DNA of 64,000 nucleotides from Podarcis melisellensis (taxonomy: Eukaryota): the NCBI GenBank assembly GCA_964234715.1, contig OZ174277.1; one strand, given 5' to 3'. The notes below the pieces were generated by a model. The model was given only the letters and a program-made list of their open reading frames with translations, made no database searches and was not told where the DNA came from. Position numbers and translations under genes: made by a program. The stretch's first letter is position 1. The number at the start of each line of letters is the position of its first letter. Below, piece by piece: positions 10,930-23,399 of the stretch.

Positions 10930-13166
10930 GTTGTAATGACAAGGCGCCCCTTCGCCAGCCCTCCCTTGAAGCATCCTCCTCCTGATGGCTCTTTATGCTC
11001 CAGGGCGGATACAATGAGCAGGATCCCTGGGGGGGGGGGGGTGGAGAGAGAGCTGCCGAGGAGTTGCTCCCCTCAGGCTCTCTGTCACTGGCTGGCAGAG
11101 CCTGTCATGGCTAGAGGGGTGTGTGTGTGTGTGTCTGTGTGCAGTGATTAAGATACACGTGTATCTCGCCTCCCCGATGCACGTGTGAACACACACCAAT
11201 ACCACAAACTGAATTCCTCCAGCAGGGATGTATGGAGGCGAACCCATTTTATGTGCTGGGTAAAACTCTTGGGGGGGGGGTGTCCACAGCCTTCAATGGG
11301 GTTTGGGGGGTGGGTAACAGTCGTGGCCAGGTGTGGGGAATGGTGGTCTGGTACAAATCTGCAGCTGGAATGCGCCGTTTGTGCAGGAAACCCATAGGGG
11401 GAAGAATAGCTGGCCAATGCAAACGCGCCAAGGGGCTGGATGTTTGCATTCAGAGGCGGATTTCTGAAGCAGACGACGGAAAAACAAGCAAGGCAGCGTA
11501 CCGGAGGCGAAAGGCGCTGAGCTCATTTGGTCCACTTGCAAAAATGTGGACTGTATCAGCTGCCCGATCCCTTCCCCGTTTTCCCCTCCTCTAATGCAAG
11601 GAGCTCCAATACTGTGCCGTGTAAATAAATTCGGAGCGGAAGAAAACTCGGAAGCATCACTTTCCTTAATTCATCCCATGCGCAGCTATGCTAGGCAGGG
11701 TTATGGGTGTTTACCTGGTTTTTTTACTTGAGCCCCCCTCCCCTGTTCACCTTCCGTCCTCGCCAATTTGGGGAGGTGTTTATCGGCAATATTTTGCTGC
11801 AGTGCTTCAGCGCAGGAAGATAAACGATCCCCATTTTTCCCGGTTGCCACAATGACTCCATCATTAAAAAAATTCCCAACTTGGAGCTAAAAACGGCAAC
11901 TTAAGCAAAGCCCCTGAAGTGGGGTGTTGGAGGGTGGAGAATACAGGAGTGGGAACATTAAAAAGTCACTTCAGCAGCTCCTATTTTCATTTGCAGTGCC
12001 TACTTTGAACTAGGAAGGGTTAGTGAGCTGCTGCAGACTTTTGCAAAGACTGGATTCAATTTTGGAAGCCTGTTGCCAATATTTGTGAGTCATTTCCTTG
12101 GAATCCTACCTTTGGTGTTTATTTCCCTTAGAAGGATTCTTGTAAAAGTATAATAATAGCTCTTAAACTTCATGGAAAGTAGCACAGGCTACAGTGAAGA
12201 CAACTTGCTTTTTGCTTCAAAACACTTATTTTGGTTTTGTTTGCATTATTCAGTGGACAGAAGAGAAGGCGGCAATGTAATTAACCCATAAAACATCTAA
12301 TTTATTGTACCAGTGACATTTGTGTACTGCTGCATTAGGGTTCAGAGTCAGTTGGAAAGGCAACCTTAATTGGTAGTTCTTTTTAAAAGAATAATTAAAG
12401 AATCAAGAGAACCATCTTGTGATTTTAGAGGTCTTTGTTAAGAGGAGTGGTTTGCTTTGTCAACCCACTCAGAGTTCCTTGACCCAATTTCTTTAAGTTT
12501 TATACCATTCCAGCACAATAACAATACGTATTAATTACAGCGACGTGAAAACTTAAGATGCACTATATAACAGCTAGAACCTTTCTCCCACTTGATATAC
12601 AATTGTTTTACAGATTAGGTTATCTTAGGACTGTTTCCCACATAAATGTTCAGTGTTTTTATAGACTTTTTAAAGCAAGCACATTGCTAGAAATACCTCC
12701 ACGTGAAAATGTTACATGAAGATTAGTCATCCATGCAACTTTGGGTCCATGAAGTGTAGAAGCAGGGGGAATCTAGGATTATCTGGTCACAAATTAATCC
12801 AAGAACATATAAGTGGTAAACAGAATGCTTTTAAAAATCTGAACTCAAAAGGACATACTGAATCTAAAAAATATCAGCATTGCCATTAGTATGGCTGTTA
12901 AAGTGAGGCAGTCAGCACTTGAGGCTTTGCTAACAGTATTAGAGATATAAAAGCAAGTTACTGTTCTCAAAGTACTGACAGGTCCTTGGCTAATATCTCA
13001 CCATACCATAAACCAAATGGAGGCCAACTTCCTAGATACAATGCATTTGCAAAAATCTTCATAATGTAAATTAATTCATGTTCCAAACGATCATAAAGAG
13101 GTGACCTTTCTATTCCCCCTTCAGCAAGGAAGTAAATACTAGATACCAATGTTGTATTGAAAAACT

Positions 13167-13562
13167 GTTGTTGTTGTTTAGTCGTTTAGTTGTGTCCGAC
13201 TTTTTGTGACCCCATGGACCAGAGCACACCAGGCACTCCTGTCTTCCACTGCCTCCCGCAGTTTGGTCAGACTCATGTTTGTAGCTTTGAGAACACTGTC
13301 CAACCATCTCGTCCTCTGTCGTCCCCTTCTCCTTGTGCCCTCCATCTTTCCCAACATCAGGGTCTTTTCCAGGGAGTCTTCTCTTCTCATGAGGTGGCCA
13401 AAGTATTGGAGCCTCAGCTTCAGGAGCTGTCCTTCCAGTGAGCACTCAGGGCTCATTTCCTTAAGAATGGATAGGTTTGATCTTCTTGCAGTCCATGGGA
13501 CTCGCAAGAGTCTCCTCCAGCAACATAATTCAAAAGCATCAATTCTTCGGCGATCAGCCTTC
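13167..13562 (-). mobile_element. BovB (RTE clade) LINE, 5'-truncated
   Basis: ORF RVPWTARRSNLSILKE..LKLRLQYFGHLMRREDSLEKTLMLGK..RRGRQRTRWLD is the BovB ORF C-terminus; (CAA)n tail; perfect 12-bp TSD tattgaaaaact (13155-13166, 13563-13574). Confidence 0.93.
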
Positions 13563-13630
13563 TATTGAAAAACTAGAGTGATTTATTAAGAGCAATCTTC
13601 TTAATGCTTGCCATGTCTCTCTTTCCTGAT

Positions 13631-13633
<3 letters not shown>

Positions 13634-13665
<32 letters not shown>
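13634..13665. repeat. (AC)n microsatellite
   Basis: Direct reading. Confidence 0.95.
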
Positions 13666-13666
<1 letters not shown>

Positions 13667-14253
13667 AAATCTATTTCTTATGATTATTGATGTTATATCT
13701 TTTCCTAATGGTAGTTTCTAAGAAAACTGAATGGGAGTGATGCCAATTAGTTCAGCCCATTGCTTAATTATCACTTAATTAACCCCCCAACATTTTTAAA
13801 AGAAAGTGCAGGAAATCAAGCTATTTAAAACAGCTGTTTCTAGGGATCCCAGAAGAGTAGTAATGAGGTCCCGAGGCCATACTTTGGAATACTAGAAACA
13901 CAAAATGCAGGTTCTTTTTAAAAAAAGAAAACCAAAAAACACCCCAGAATGATTTGTTTTCTCAGTGAAACAAAATGATAGCCTCAAGAAAATAGTTTCA
14001 AGGCATCTATGGTATAAGATGAAAAAAGTGGTAGTGTATGTTTCACATGTGTGACCCCTCAGATCCAGTTCCTTTGATGTCCAGAAAAAAATAGGTAAGG
14101 GCTTGTATTTGAACCTGGAGAACACTGAAGGTAAAAGCAACATTGGCTGGACTCATATAATGCAGTTCCATATATGGGGTGAGGTGGGGGGTAGGGGATC
14201 TGAGATATGCATATATTCAAAATAGAACAATATTTAGCCAGAAATGTGTTTTT

Positions 14254-14281
14254 GGTTGTTGTTGTTGTTGTTGTTGTTGTT
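14254..14281. repeat. (GTT)n microsatellite
   Basis: Direct reading. Confidence 0.9.
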
Positions 14282-15999
14282 GGGGGAAAGCATAGCTGCT
14301 TTATCTGAATGAATGCTAGCACAGTACTTGTAAATTTAAAATATTAAGTAACATAATTTCATAAATAGCGAAAGATGCTGTTAAACACTTCTCTACCAGA
14401 GAGGCTTATATGCTCATACAGCTCACTCACTGGCTTCATATTTTTTCTTGCACTAAAACCATCAACGGAACCAGTGAATTGTTTGTATTTCTTTTTGGGG
14501 GTGGGGGAAATGAACAGCCGGGGGGTGGGTGGGGAATGAAGACAATGACACACTGGACTTCTTTAGAAGATCAGTAGTTAATTTTCTTCTTCTTCTCCAG
14601 GATATTGAAGCATGAAGCTGTTGGCAACTAGATTGGTGATTCAATGTTGGAACTAGATTTTAACCCTCATGCTGGTTTTGGAACATAATACAAGTGTAAT
14701 CCAGTTGTTATCTACATTTCCAGAGTAGTACTTAACAGGAATGAATTGAGTAATAATTATGTTGCCAGTCAGATCAGCACTGACATGGGAGAACTAAAGA
14801 ACCTGTGTAACTTATCTTTCACATATGTCTACATTTGCCTTGCTTTCTTTCGTCTTTCACTTTACCATTTCCTCCATCTCTTTGTTCTTTTATCACCTCC
14901 TATTGGACCATCTGCCTTTAAACTAACTAAAGGGTGAGCTTGCTCTTCTTCAGGCTGGTCTAGACAATGAAGTCACCTCTCACTTTTTAAAACTTGGGCT
15001 AGTGCATAATAATACTGTACCTAGAGCTTTTAATTTTCCACCTTTCTCGTATGAAACACATTTCTGTTGCAAAATGCACTTGGAGGGGCAACCTGCATTT
15101 TTAAATTATTGTTTTATAACTATTGTAAACACAAGGATTTGACAAACATTTCATATCCACTATTTCCCCCCCCCCCACCATGTTTTTGTTACTGACACTC
15201 AACAACCATGGGGCTGTTCTAATGTGTCATTGGCTTAATGTTTCTTGTGGGTGACACTCTAGACATGGTGTTCTCAACTGGTTAGGAAGACTGGTGATCT
15301 GAAGATGGAAGATGTAATTGTCAGTTCACTTCCTGCTGACCATTCTCTTATACATGGAGGGTCTGCCCCCAGAGATTGATGGATTCAGATCAATTGCTTA
15401 AAACCACCAGGGAGTTCCCAGTTAGCATGGCTGGTACTGTCAAAGCCTAACTCTCTCTGTGGGATATGGAGGTGACCCTGGCAATTGACACAATCTTTCC
15501 TAAGCAATCTTTCTTGTTAAACAGAGCCTGTTCATCTTCCTGATTTATTCATCCCAATTTATTATTTATTACAAAGCAGTTTGGGGTGGGGGGGTGGCTC
15601 GAATGCCAGTGACAGAAAATTTGAACTGGAGTCTGACCAAACACAGGTAAGAGCTCATTTTGGAGCTTGTTCTATTGTGATGATAAAAGCCAAGAAGCAA
15701 CACCTTTCAGCCTCCATTGCAGTGCCATCCAGTTGAGTTTTCCAAGTGGTTCAGGGCTTTTTCCACTTTGTGTTGCAAAGTGATGTAAGTGGTCCCTCTC
15801 TGACTTCAAAGGTAAAAGTTGCTCATGTTCATCTTGACTTGGATGCTACTTTCCTGTAATCCATCCTATGGACATCTCCAGTACAGTGTATAGTCCTGAT
15901 TTGTTGGATAAATTTATTGTTTAGGCCTGAAGATGCGGTGGGGGGGGGAGGGAGGTACTTGGCCAATCACTTGTGTTCTCAACCTTTCCCTTACTGACT

Positions 16000-16367
16000 A
16001 GGTTAAGGTAAAGGACCCCTGGGCGGTTAAGTCCAGTCAAATGAGACTATGGGGTTGAGGCACTCATCTCGCTTTCAGACCAAGGGAGCTGTCATTTGTC
16101 CATAGACAGCTTTCCGGGTCATGTGGTCAGCATGACTAAACTGCTTCTGGTGCAATGGAACACTGTGACAGAAGCCAGAGCACACAGAAATGCCATTTAC
16201 CTTCCCACCGCAGTGGTACCTATTTATCTACTTGCACTGGCGTGCTTTTGAACTGCTAGGTTGGCAGGAGCTGCGACAGAGCAACAGGAGCTCACTCTGT
16301 TGTGGGGATTCAAACCGCTGACTTTCTGATCGGCAATCCCAAGAGGCTCAGTGGTTTAGACCACAGC
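16000..16367 (-). mobile_element. Sauria SINE copy
   Basis: Reverse complement aligns to the 51641-52008 copy (gtacctatttatctacttgcac, gggtcatgtgg.cagcatgac); short ACCTTT-type tail. Confidence 0.85.
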
Positions 16368-16599
16368 TAACTAACATGTAGTAGGAGAGATCACTGGCTA
16401 AGTCTAGGAGGTAATTAATGACTTGTGTCTCCTTGAAAGAGGGGGTTACCTGGCTACCTTGAAGTGATTAGTGATGAGACCACTTCTAAATACCCCTACT
16501 TTGGACCTCAAGGATTTGAGTGACTTTTAGCTGTTAGCAAATCTTCTTTTCTCGGGCAATGTGCTTGAGTTGCCATACAATCCAGGCACTCAGATGAGA

Positions 16600-16790
16600 C
16601 TGATTATCTGGATCCATTTCAGTCTGGCTTTGGGCCCACATTCTTCATCAAAACAGCCTTGGTCTCTCTGGTGGCTAATCTATGCCAGGAGTACAGGCAA
16701 AGTTTGATCTTGCTAATTCTCCTGAATAGGCTTCTGGACTGTGTCTGGGGAAGAGGATTTGGGGGCACAGAACTTTAGTGGTTCTGATTA
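16600..16790 (+). mobile_element. Old L2 reverse-transcriptase fragment
   Basis: tatctggatccatttcagtctggctttgggccc..acagccttggtc translates to YLDPFQSGFGP..TALV, an L2 RT motif. Confidence 0.65.
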
Positions 16791-17377
16791 CCCCTCCTCA
16801 CATTGGCTTCTTCTGACAATGAACCATGCATTGACCCTACATTCTTCATCCTATCTCCAAAGATATAAATGGCAGATTTAAAAAACAAAACAAAAGCTGA
16901 GATCCTCAGAAGGTGTGGTTCTGAAATCACTGCAAAATTCTACATTCATGTTGAATCGCATAATACATTGGATGTGAGATCAAGTAAAACCCTTGCCTGA
17001 AAGCGGTTTCCTGCAATGAATAGCCAAATTGATCATGTCTTTTTATTATTCATAGTGGATGCCACACCATTCCTGAAGTGCCTGATTTCAGGAGGAAATA
17101 TAATAATACCAGGGTTCTCAGATTTCATACAGATTGTACATAGTTACATTAGACACAGCTTCTTCCGTTGTGATGGTACAGTGGTGCACAAGTAGAAATG
17201 GCAACCCAGGAAAGTGAGCTCAAGTACCTGCTAAAAGGAAATCAAGGTACCAAGAACAAACTAACATGTAAGATATAAGCATCCCTGGACTCTTGTGACA
17301 CTTTAAAAACTAACAGATTTATTAATGGCAAATGCCCGGTATATACTTTTTGGATAAAAGCCAACTTTACCACATGC

Positions 17378-17716
17378 AAGGTAAAAGTAAGGTACCCTTG
17401 ACCGTTAAGTCCAGTCGCGGACGACTCTGGGGTTGTGGCGCTCATCTTGCTTTACTGGCCGAGGGAGCCAGCGTACAGCTTCTGGGTCATGTGGCCAGCA
17501 TGACTAAGCTGCTGCTGGCGAACCAGAGCAGCGCATGGAAATGCCATTTACCTTCCCACTGGAGCAGTACCTATTTATCTACTTGCACTTCATGCTTTCA
17601 AACTGCTAGGTTGGCAGGAGCAGGGACCAAGCAACAGGAGCTCACCCTGTCGTGGGGATTCAAACTGCTGACCTTCTGACTGGCAAGCCCTAGGCTCTGT
17701 GGTTTAACCCACAGCG
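17378..17716 (-). mobile_element. Sauria SINE copy
   Basis: Same internal core and B-box (ggggattcaaac) as the other copies. Confidence 0.85.
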
Positions 17717-20264
17717 GTATGCCATAATAAATTCTGCTAGTCTTTAGGGTGCTAGAGTGTGTAAGCGTGTGCCTGGTGGACTGGGTGATGCAAGACAATT
17801 GTCTCCTTTCCTTTATGCCTAAAATAGAAGGCTGAAGCGCCTACTAGTAACTAGCTTCAGTTTGAATCTATTCAGTACAGGCCCTGTGTCAATTTAAGTG
17901 GCAGTCTGGAGTGCCTCCTTGTAGATGGACAAAGGCACATAGCTAGATACACTTTCCCATTGCTGCAGAATGTACCGTTTTGTGCAGCATCACAGTTTTG
18001 TACCTTATAGTGCTCCTCATTAGTCATGGTGTGTACTGTAAACATGCAAAAAATGAGAGGTCACATCCGCACCACATGCTTAACGCAATTGGCATCTCTC
18101 AAAGAATACAGGGAACTGTAGTTAAGAATGCTTGGAATTATAGCTCTGTGGGGAATAAACTACTGTTCCCAGCATTCTCTTGGGGAAGCCATGTGTTTTA
18201 AATATATAGTGTGGATGTGATACCCAACCCCCCCAACTCTAAATGAATTGAGAAGACCCTCCCTGCTTAAAAAACAACAACAATAACTGGTGCTCTTGAC
18301 ATATCCATAGTAATACATAGTTTTCAGAATTCAGCACAATTATCTTTGATTATTCAGCGACTAATCCCACAAACCCACATTTCTAATTATCCAGACATTG
18401 TGGATCGTTTCCAGACCACTTGGATGAGTAAGGTTATAATCCATCTTCAGTGTTAGAAACTGAGATATTCAAGCCAGGAGCTGAATGGCACTTTAAACCT
18501 AGGTTACGGACACAACAATGGAATGTCTAGGCGTGCTTTTTTAAATAACAAGAATACAAAGCTGAAAATGAATGAACTGCAGCTAAAATATTATGTACAT
18601 TTTTCACACGGTCCAGTCCGTCCCCTGCCCACCCCCCTAATATTCTTAAGAGAGTCTCTTCTCCAGTCTTCAGAGAGTAGCTGGAAGTGGAGAGGCAGAA
18701 AAAGGTCCTCCTTTCCTTCCACTCTTCAATTTTATTCTGAAATCTTAGGCACAGTACTGTGCCCAGAACTCAGAAACTGCTCACGCTAATGAAACTCCCT
18801 GTCGCAAAATGCGCCTAGAACAATGGGAGTTTCGAATGCTGTCCATCTCTGCCTTTCTCTCACCAGCTTCTTATTTTGTGAAGACACTATCTCACATGGT
18901 ACCCAACTGTATGTCACGTAATAAAATGATGCATCACCATTATGTTTTGTTGATCATATTTTAATGCATTTGAGTCTGCAGCTGGCTTTAGGGTCCTAGT
19001 GGGCTGGGAGGAAGATTATAAATTTAAAATAAAATAAATTAATGGCTAGAACTGTCAAACTGTTACAAATAAATATTCTTCCATCCAGCTATGTAAATCT
19101 CATTGCATTTTCTTATAAGCACAGGTAAGCATAATGGCTTCATACAACTAAGAAATCAAAGAGTTTCAGAATTAGCAATACCACATGCTGTTTCCACAGA
19201 ATATAGGGTAACTAATGAGGCCCTGCCAATACCAGGCATTGCTTCCACCTTTACTTTTTGGCCTTTAGGGATTTTAGTCAGATTTGCAGCATTATTGTAA
19301 CAAGCATTTTAAATTTAACTTCTGTTTTAGTGGCATTCTGGAAATGCATAAAGACCCTTTTTCATTGACATTGTGAATGGCATCATTACAGTTCTCTCAT
19401 TAGCATCATAATGACTCCAAAGGAATAGTGAGTGAAAATGGAGTAGTTGCTGAAGGAATAGTGAGCAAATGGAACAGTATAGCACTGCATAGTAGCCTCT
19501 TACAGAGCAGAACTGCATAAATGCAAGAGAAGTCTGACATTTTAACCTTCAGGCTGCTTTGGATGCCTCGGGGTGTTCTCTTAATGCATGCATTCGGCTG
19601 GCAACAGGGAAAATCTGTGGTAGCCTAAGGATTAAGAACTGGATTTAATAACAAATAAAAAAATAAAAATGGTCTGGTTTCCATACCACACAAAGCTTTG
19701 CAAACAGATTTTGAAGCCTGGATCTAGCCACAAATCAAGGCTTTATGTTACACTTCTTTGCAGAAAATATGTAGTGCACTGACTTCCCACCCTTTCATTA
19801 CAAAGAAGGATAGTAGTGCATTACCAGTAAATAACTAAATGTCAAGAACTATGGAGCTGATGTCTTATAACAACTTTCTATATGACACACTAATGGAAAT
19901 CTTTAGGTGCAATAAGTAGCTTCCATCATTCTCTTTCTTTGTCACATGCCTAAAAGCCTAAAATTTAATCCCATGCTGCATCCCAACAAGAGACAGAATG
20001 TTGGTCACTGATTGGCAGATGAAGGGATTGGCTTAGTCTTCAAAGGTGTCTGCTGAATTCTACAGAACAAAGTATGTGGACTGTGATTGTCCCTAGCATG
20101 GCTAAGAGGAAAAAGCTGCACCCCAGTTGCCCAACAGTATCTTTCAATGCACCCCTTTACTTTCTCAGTATACAGGTGCTGTGTTCAAATACACTTAATC
20201 ATAATAATAGATGTTTTGGCAGTATATAATAATTACTGTGAATCTTATGGCTGAAAAACATGTC

Positions 20265-20350
20265 TATAGCTTAGTTGGTAGAGAGTGAGACTCTTAATTT
20301 GAGGGTTGTGGGTTTGAGCCTCAAGTTGAGCAGAAATATTCCTGCATTGC
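20265..20350 (+). mobile_element. tRNA-Lys-headed SINE, 3'-truncated
   Basis: tagcttagttggtagaga.tgagactcttaattt.agggttgtgggtttgagcc..attcctgcattgc. Confidence 0.7.
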
Positions 20351-21778
20351 TTCCTGGAAATATCTGGTGGACCATTGTGGGAACCTGGTCCTGGACCAAG
20401 TAAGCTCTTCATCTGATCCAGAAGGGTTCTGTGTGGGGTTTAACAAATCATGACACTTTACTACAATTATTTCATAAATATAGTATTTGATCCACCAGGC
20501 ATAGTCATGAGAAGACTTATTTGCAATAATGTATTAAATGTGTTGCAGTATGGTGGTTCAGGTTGCCTTCTGATTCCATGACACCTTGGTAACTTGAATG
20601 GCGCAAGCAGCGACTTGCACTTCCAAAATTGCAATGTATTTGCAAATGGGACTGGGCCTTCCAGCTCTGCCCTGTTTCCTGGGCAAAACCCCTTGCAGGC
20701 TTATTTTTAGGTAAGTTTGACATAAGGATCTAAGATCAGGTTCTGCTCACTGGTTTGGCACGCCAGCACTTGTTGCTGAAAAGTTTTTTGGAATAGCTGA
20801 TCTATGGACAGTCTCTGGGATCTCTCCCTTTCTGGCACTAGCCAAACAAAGCAAGAGAATTTGTGCAGTGCAACTGAAGTATGTTAAGTTGGGGTTTTTG
20901 CTAATCAGCCATGCAAAGAGCTGCTGCTGTTTCAGTGCTCAGAAGACAGGTTAGAAAAACGTGTGGAGTTGCCCTGGGAATCTAGTGCTCAATCTTCTGT
21001 ATTTGTTCATGCAGCAGCCTTTAGCAGTGGGCAATTAAAATAATATTTTCTGGTGGTTTTTGTGTGTGAAATCAGTAGTGGTTGTAGACACTCCTGGAAA
21101 TAAGAATTGGTTTCTTGGATGCGCAATATTCTGTACCCTTAATTGGGAGGAAGTCCCAGTGAAATGAAAAGGCCTTGCTTGCTTATGAGTGAGCATGCAT
21201 TGATTGTGATGTGAATTTTCTACCTAGTAGAAATTTAAGTAGTTCATGCTGGCTTCTAAAAACTCTTCCTTAGGAACAACATGGCACTCTGTGTAAGTTA
21301 GTATGATAAAGTGGGACAGTGTGCACAGCAGCAAATTGATATGTGACAACAATCTGCAGACTGCAAAAAAATCACAACGAAGATAAATGTAATGAATTGA
21401 GCAAAGTTTGGCACTGAAGATTTCTCAGTGTTTACTTAGCAAAGAACTAAAAAGCCGGAAGCATTGGAGCAGCAGAGGTGTTCTAACATGTATAGATTCC
21501 GAAACTCTCCACTGTTTTGGATTAATCTATGTGTGCAAAAAGCTACTGTATGCAAAAAGTTATTGTAACACCCACCCCCGGTATTTCTGAATACCACCTT
21601 TTGCAATCTTCCATAATATTTCTCTTTCACCTCCTCATTAAGGCTGCAGTACCATGCACATTTACTGGGAAGAAGTCCCATTGAATTCAGTAGGAGTGTG
21701 CCAAGTTACAGAAGCAATCAAACAATTTAGAGGAATGGAATCTCAGTGTGTTGCCTACAAAATGTGTGTGCTTGAGAG

Positions 21779-22109
21779 GTAAAAAAGGACCCTTGGATGG
21801 TTAAGTCCAGTCAAATTCAACTATGGAATGTAGCGCTCACCTCTACTTTCAGGCCAAGGGACAGCTTTTCTGGGTCATGTGGCCAGCATGACTGAACCGC
21901 TTCTGGTGCATGGAGCACCGTGACGAGTGCCAGAGCACATGGAAACACCATTTACCTTCCCGCTGCAGCGGTACCTATTTATCCACTTGTGCTGGTATGC
22001 TTTCAAACTGCTAGGTTGGCAGCCCATCACTTGGATTTGAACTGCTGACCTTACGATCAGCAAGCCCAAGAGCCTCAGTGGTTTAGACCACAGCACCATT
22101 CATGCCCCT
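21779..22109 (-). mobile_element. Sauria SINE copy with internal deletions
   Basis: Core matches the other copies; TSD tgtgcttgagag (21767-21778) / tgtgctagagag (22110-22121), 11/12 match. Confidence 0.85.
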
Positions 22110-22244
22110 TGTGCTAGAGAGCTGTAATGCAAGGCATAAGATCTTTATTAGGCCTGATGCAGCAAGGGCAACGCATGTATGAAGTAAAATAGGTCTCTAT
22201 GCATTTATCCATCTGGACTCCACTCTTCTTTATGATGTTCACTA

Positions 22245-22389
22245 TAGCTCAGTTGGTAGAGCATGAGACTCTTAATCTCGGGGTTGTGAGTTCAAGCCTC
22301 ACATTGGGTGAAAGATTCCTGCATTGCCATGGGGTTGGACTAGATGATCCTCATGGTCCCTTCCAACTCTACAATTCTGTGATTCTGTG
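22245..22389 (+). mobile_element. tRNA-Lys(CTT)-derived SINE with CR1 3' tail
   Basis: tagctcagttggtagagcatgagactcttaatctcggggttgtgagttcaagcctcacattgggtg closely follows vertebrate tRNA-Lys-CTT; it is followed by the CR1 end cctgcattg..gttggactagatgat..cccttccaactctacaattctgtgattct. Confidence 0.85.
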
Positions 22390-23399
22390 GTTTGTGTTTG
22401 AAAAGCTATACTGCTTTTATATTGTCAGTGTCAGCTTTGAAGACTGACCATCATGAAAAAACCTTTGCATTCAACAGCAGTGTTTTAGAGAGAGTGTGTG
22501 GATCTAGCCACTTCACAAATGGGGTCACACAGCAATAATTGGTTCAGTGAGGGAGATACTGCAGCTTCAAATGTGGTTGCCTCTGTTTTCACCATTAATG
22601 AATTGGCTCCCTTGTATGACTTTATTTAAAATTTACGTAAGACAAATAGTAAACCCCCCAAAATGTGGATCTCTCTTGCAGGAAATTTAGTGCTACTTAA
22701 GTCCTATTGAAATCAGTGTGGATCAAGTTAGTGGTGAGTAGCTTAAGCCCCATCAATTTCAAAGGGGCTTAACTCTGACTAATTTGCTTGGGGTAGTTAG
22801 AGTGAGGATGGACTTCCCTAAGAAAGAAAGGAATATATTTCAGATGCATAGCTTCCAAATGCAGAGTTATGCAACAGAATCCATGGATAAATGACAATTT
22901 TGCAGTCTGCTAGACAACAGAATAGGTTAAGGAGCCCGGCTGCTAAATCCGGAGCACTTAAGTAGCCTTTCCACATTTTTCATCCAGAAGCCGGTGGAAA
23001 TATTGCAAGGCTTGATCTGTTAACCATTTGTATCTGGGAATTTCAAAAAGGTGGTCCTTCGCTTTTGGCCCCAGCGCTATGTGCAACTGCAATTCCTCCT
23101 CTCACTCAGTTGAAACAGCAAGGGGCTTCTCCAACCAGTCTCGAATATTTCTTGTTTCTTATTGTTCTAAGTCTTGACCTCCTGCTTCATCAATCTTGTC
23201 CAGACAGACTTTAATTTGTAACATGCTGCTGGCTATCCATTCCCTTTCCAACTTCTGCCTCCCCCACCCTGCCCGAATTTGGAGGACCCTGTTGTCTTCC
23301 TGCAACGGTCCTGACTTGAGAAATATATGGAAAGAAAACAAAAATTCTTGTTTCTTGGAGAGCGCAGGGGAAGATGGGGGAGGCGCCTGGCTTTTGTGC

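Larger units (their letters stand above)
8900..11700. promoter_or_regulatory. Orphan CpG island (putative promoter or enhancer) ~14 kb upstream of SERTAD4
   Basis: High GC and CpG density against CpG-poor flanks; no recognisable TEs; GC boxes, (GC)n/(CA)n/(GA)n tracts, two MEF2/TATA-like sites. Confidence 0.8.

Noticed and set aside
9898-11594. Many 100-180 aa ORFs in the upstream CpG island
   Set aside because: Overlapping in all frames, repeat-derived composition, no recognisable homology
22245-22310. Functional tRNA-Lys(CTT) gene
   Set aside because: The 5' acceptor stem is missing, stems carry CpG-decay mismatches, and it runs into a CR1 tail, so it is a SINE head
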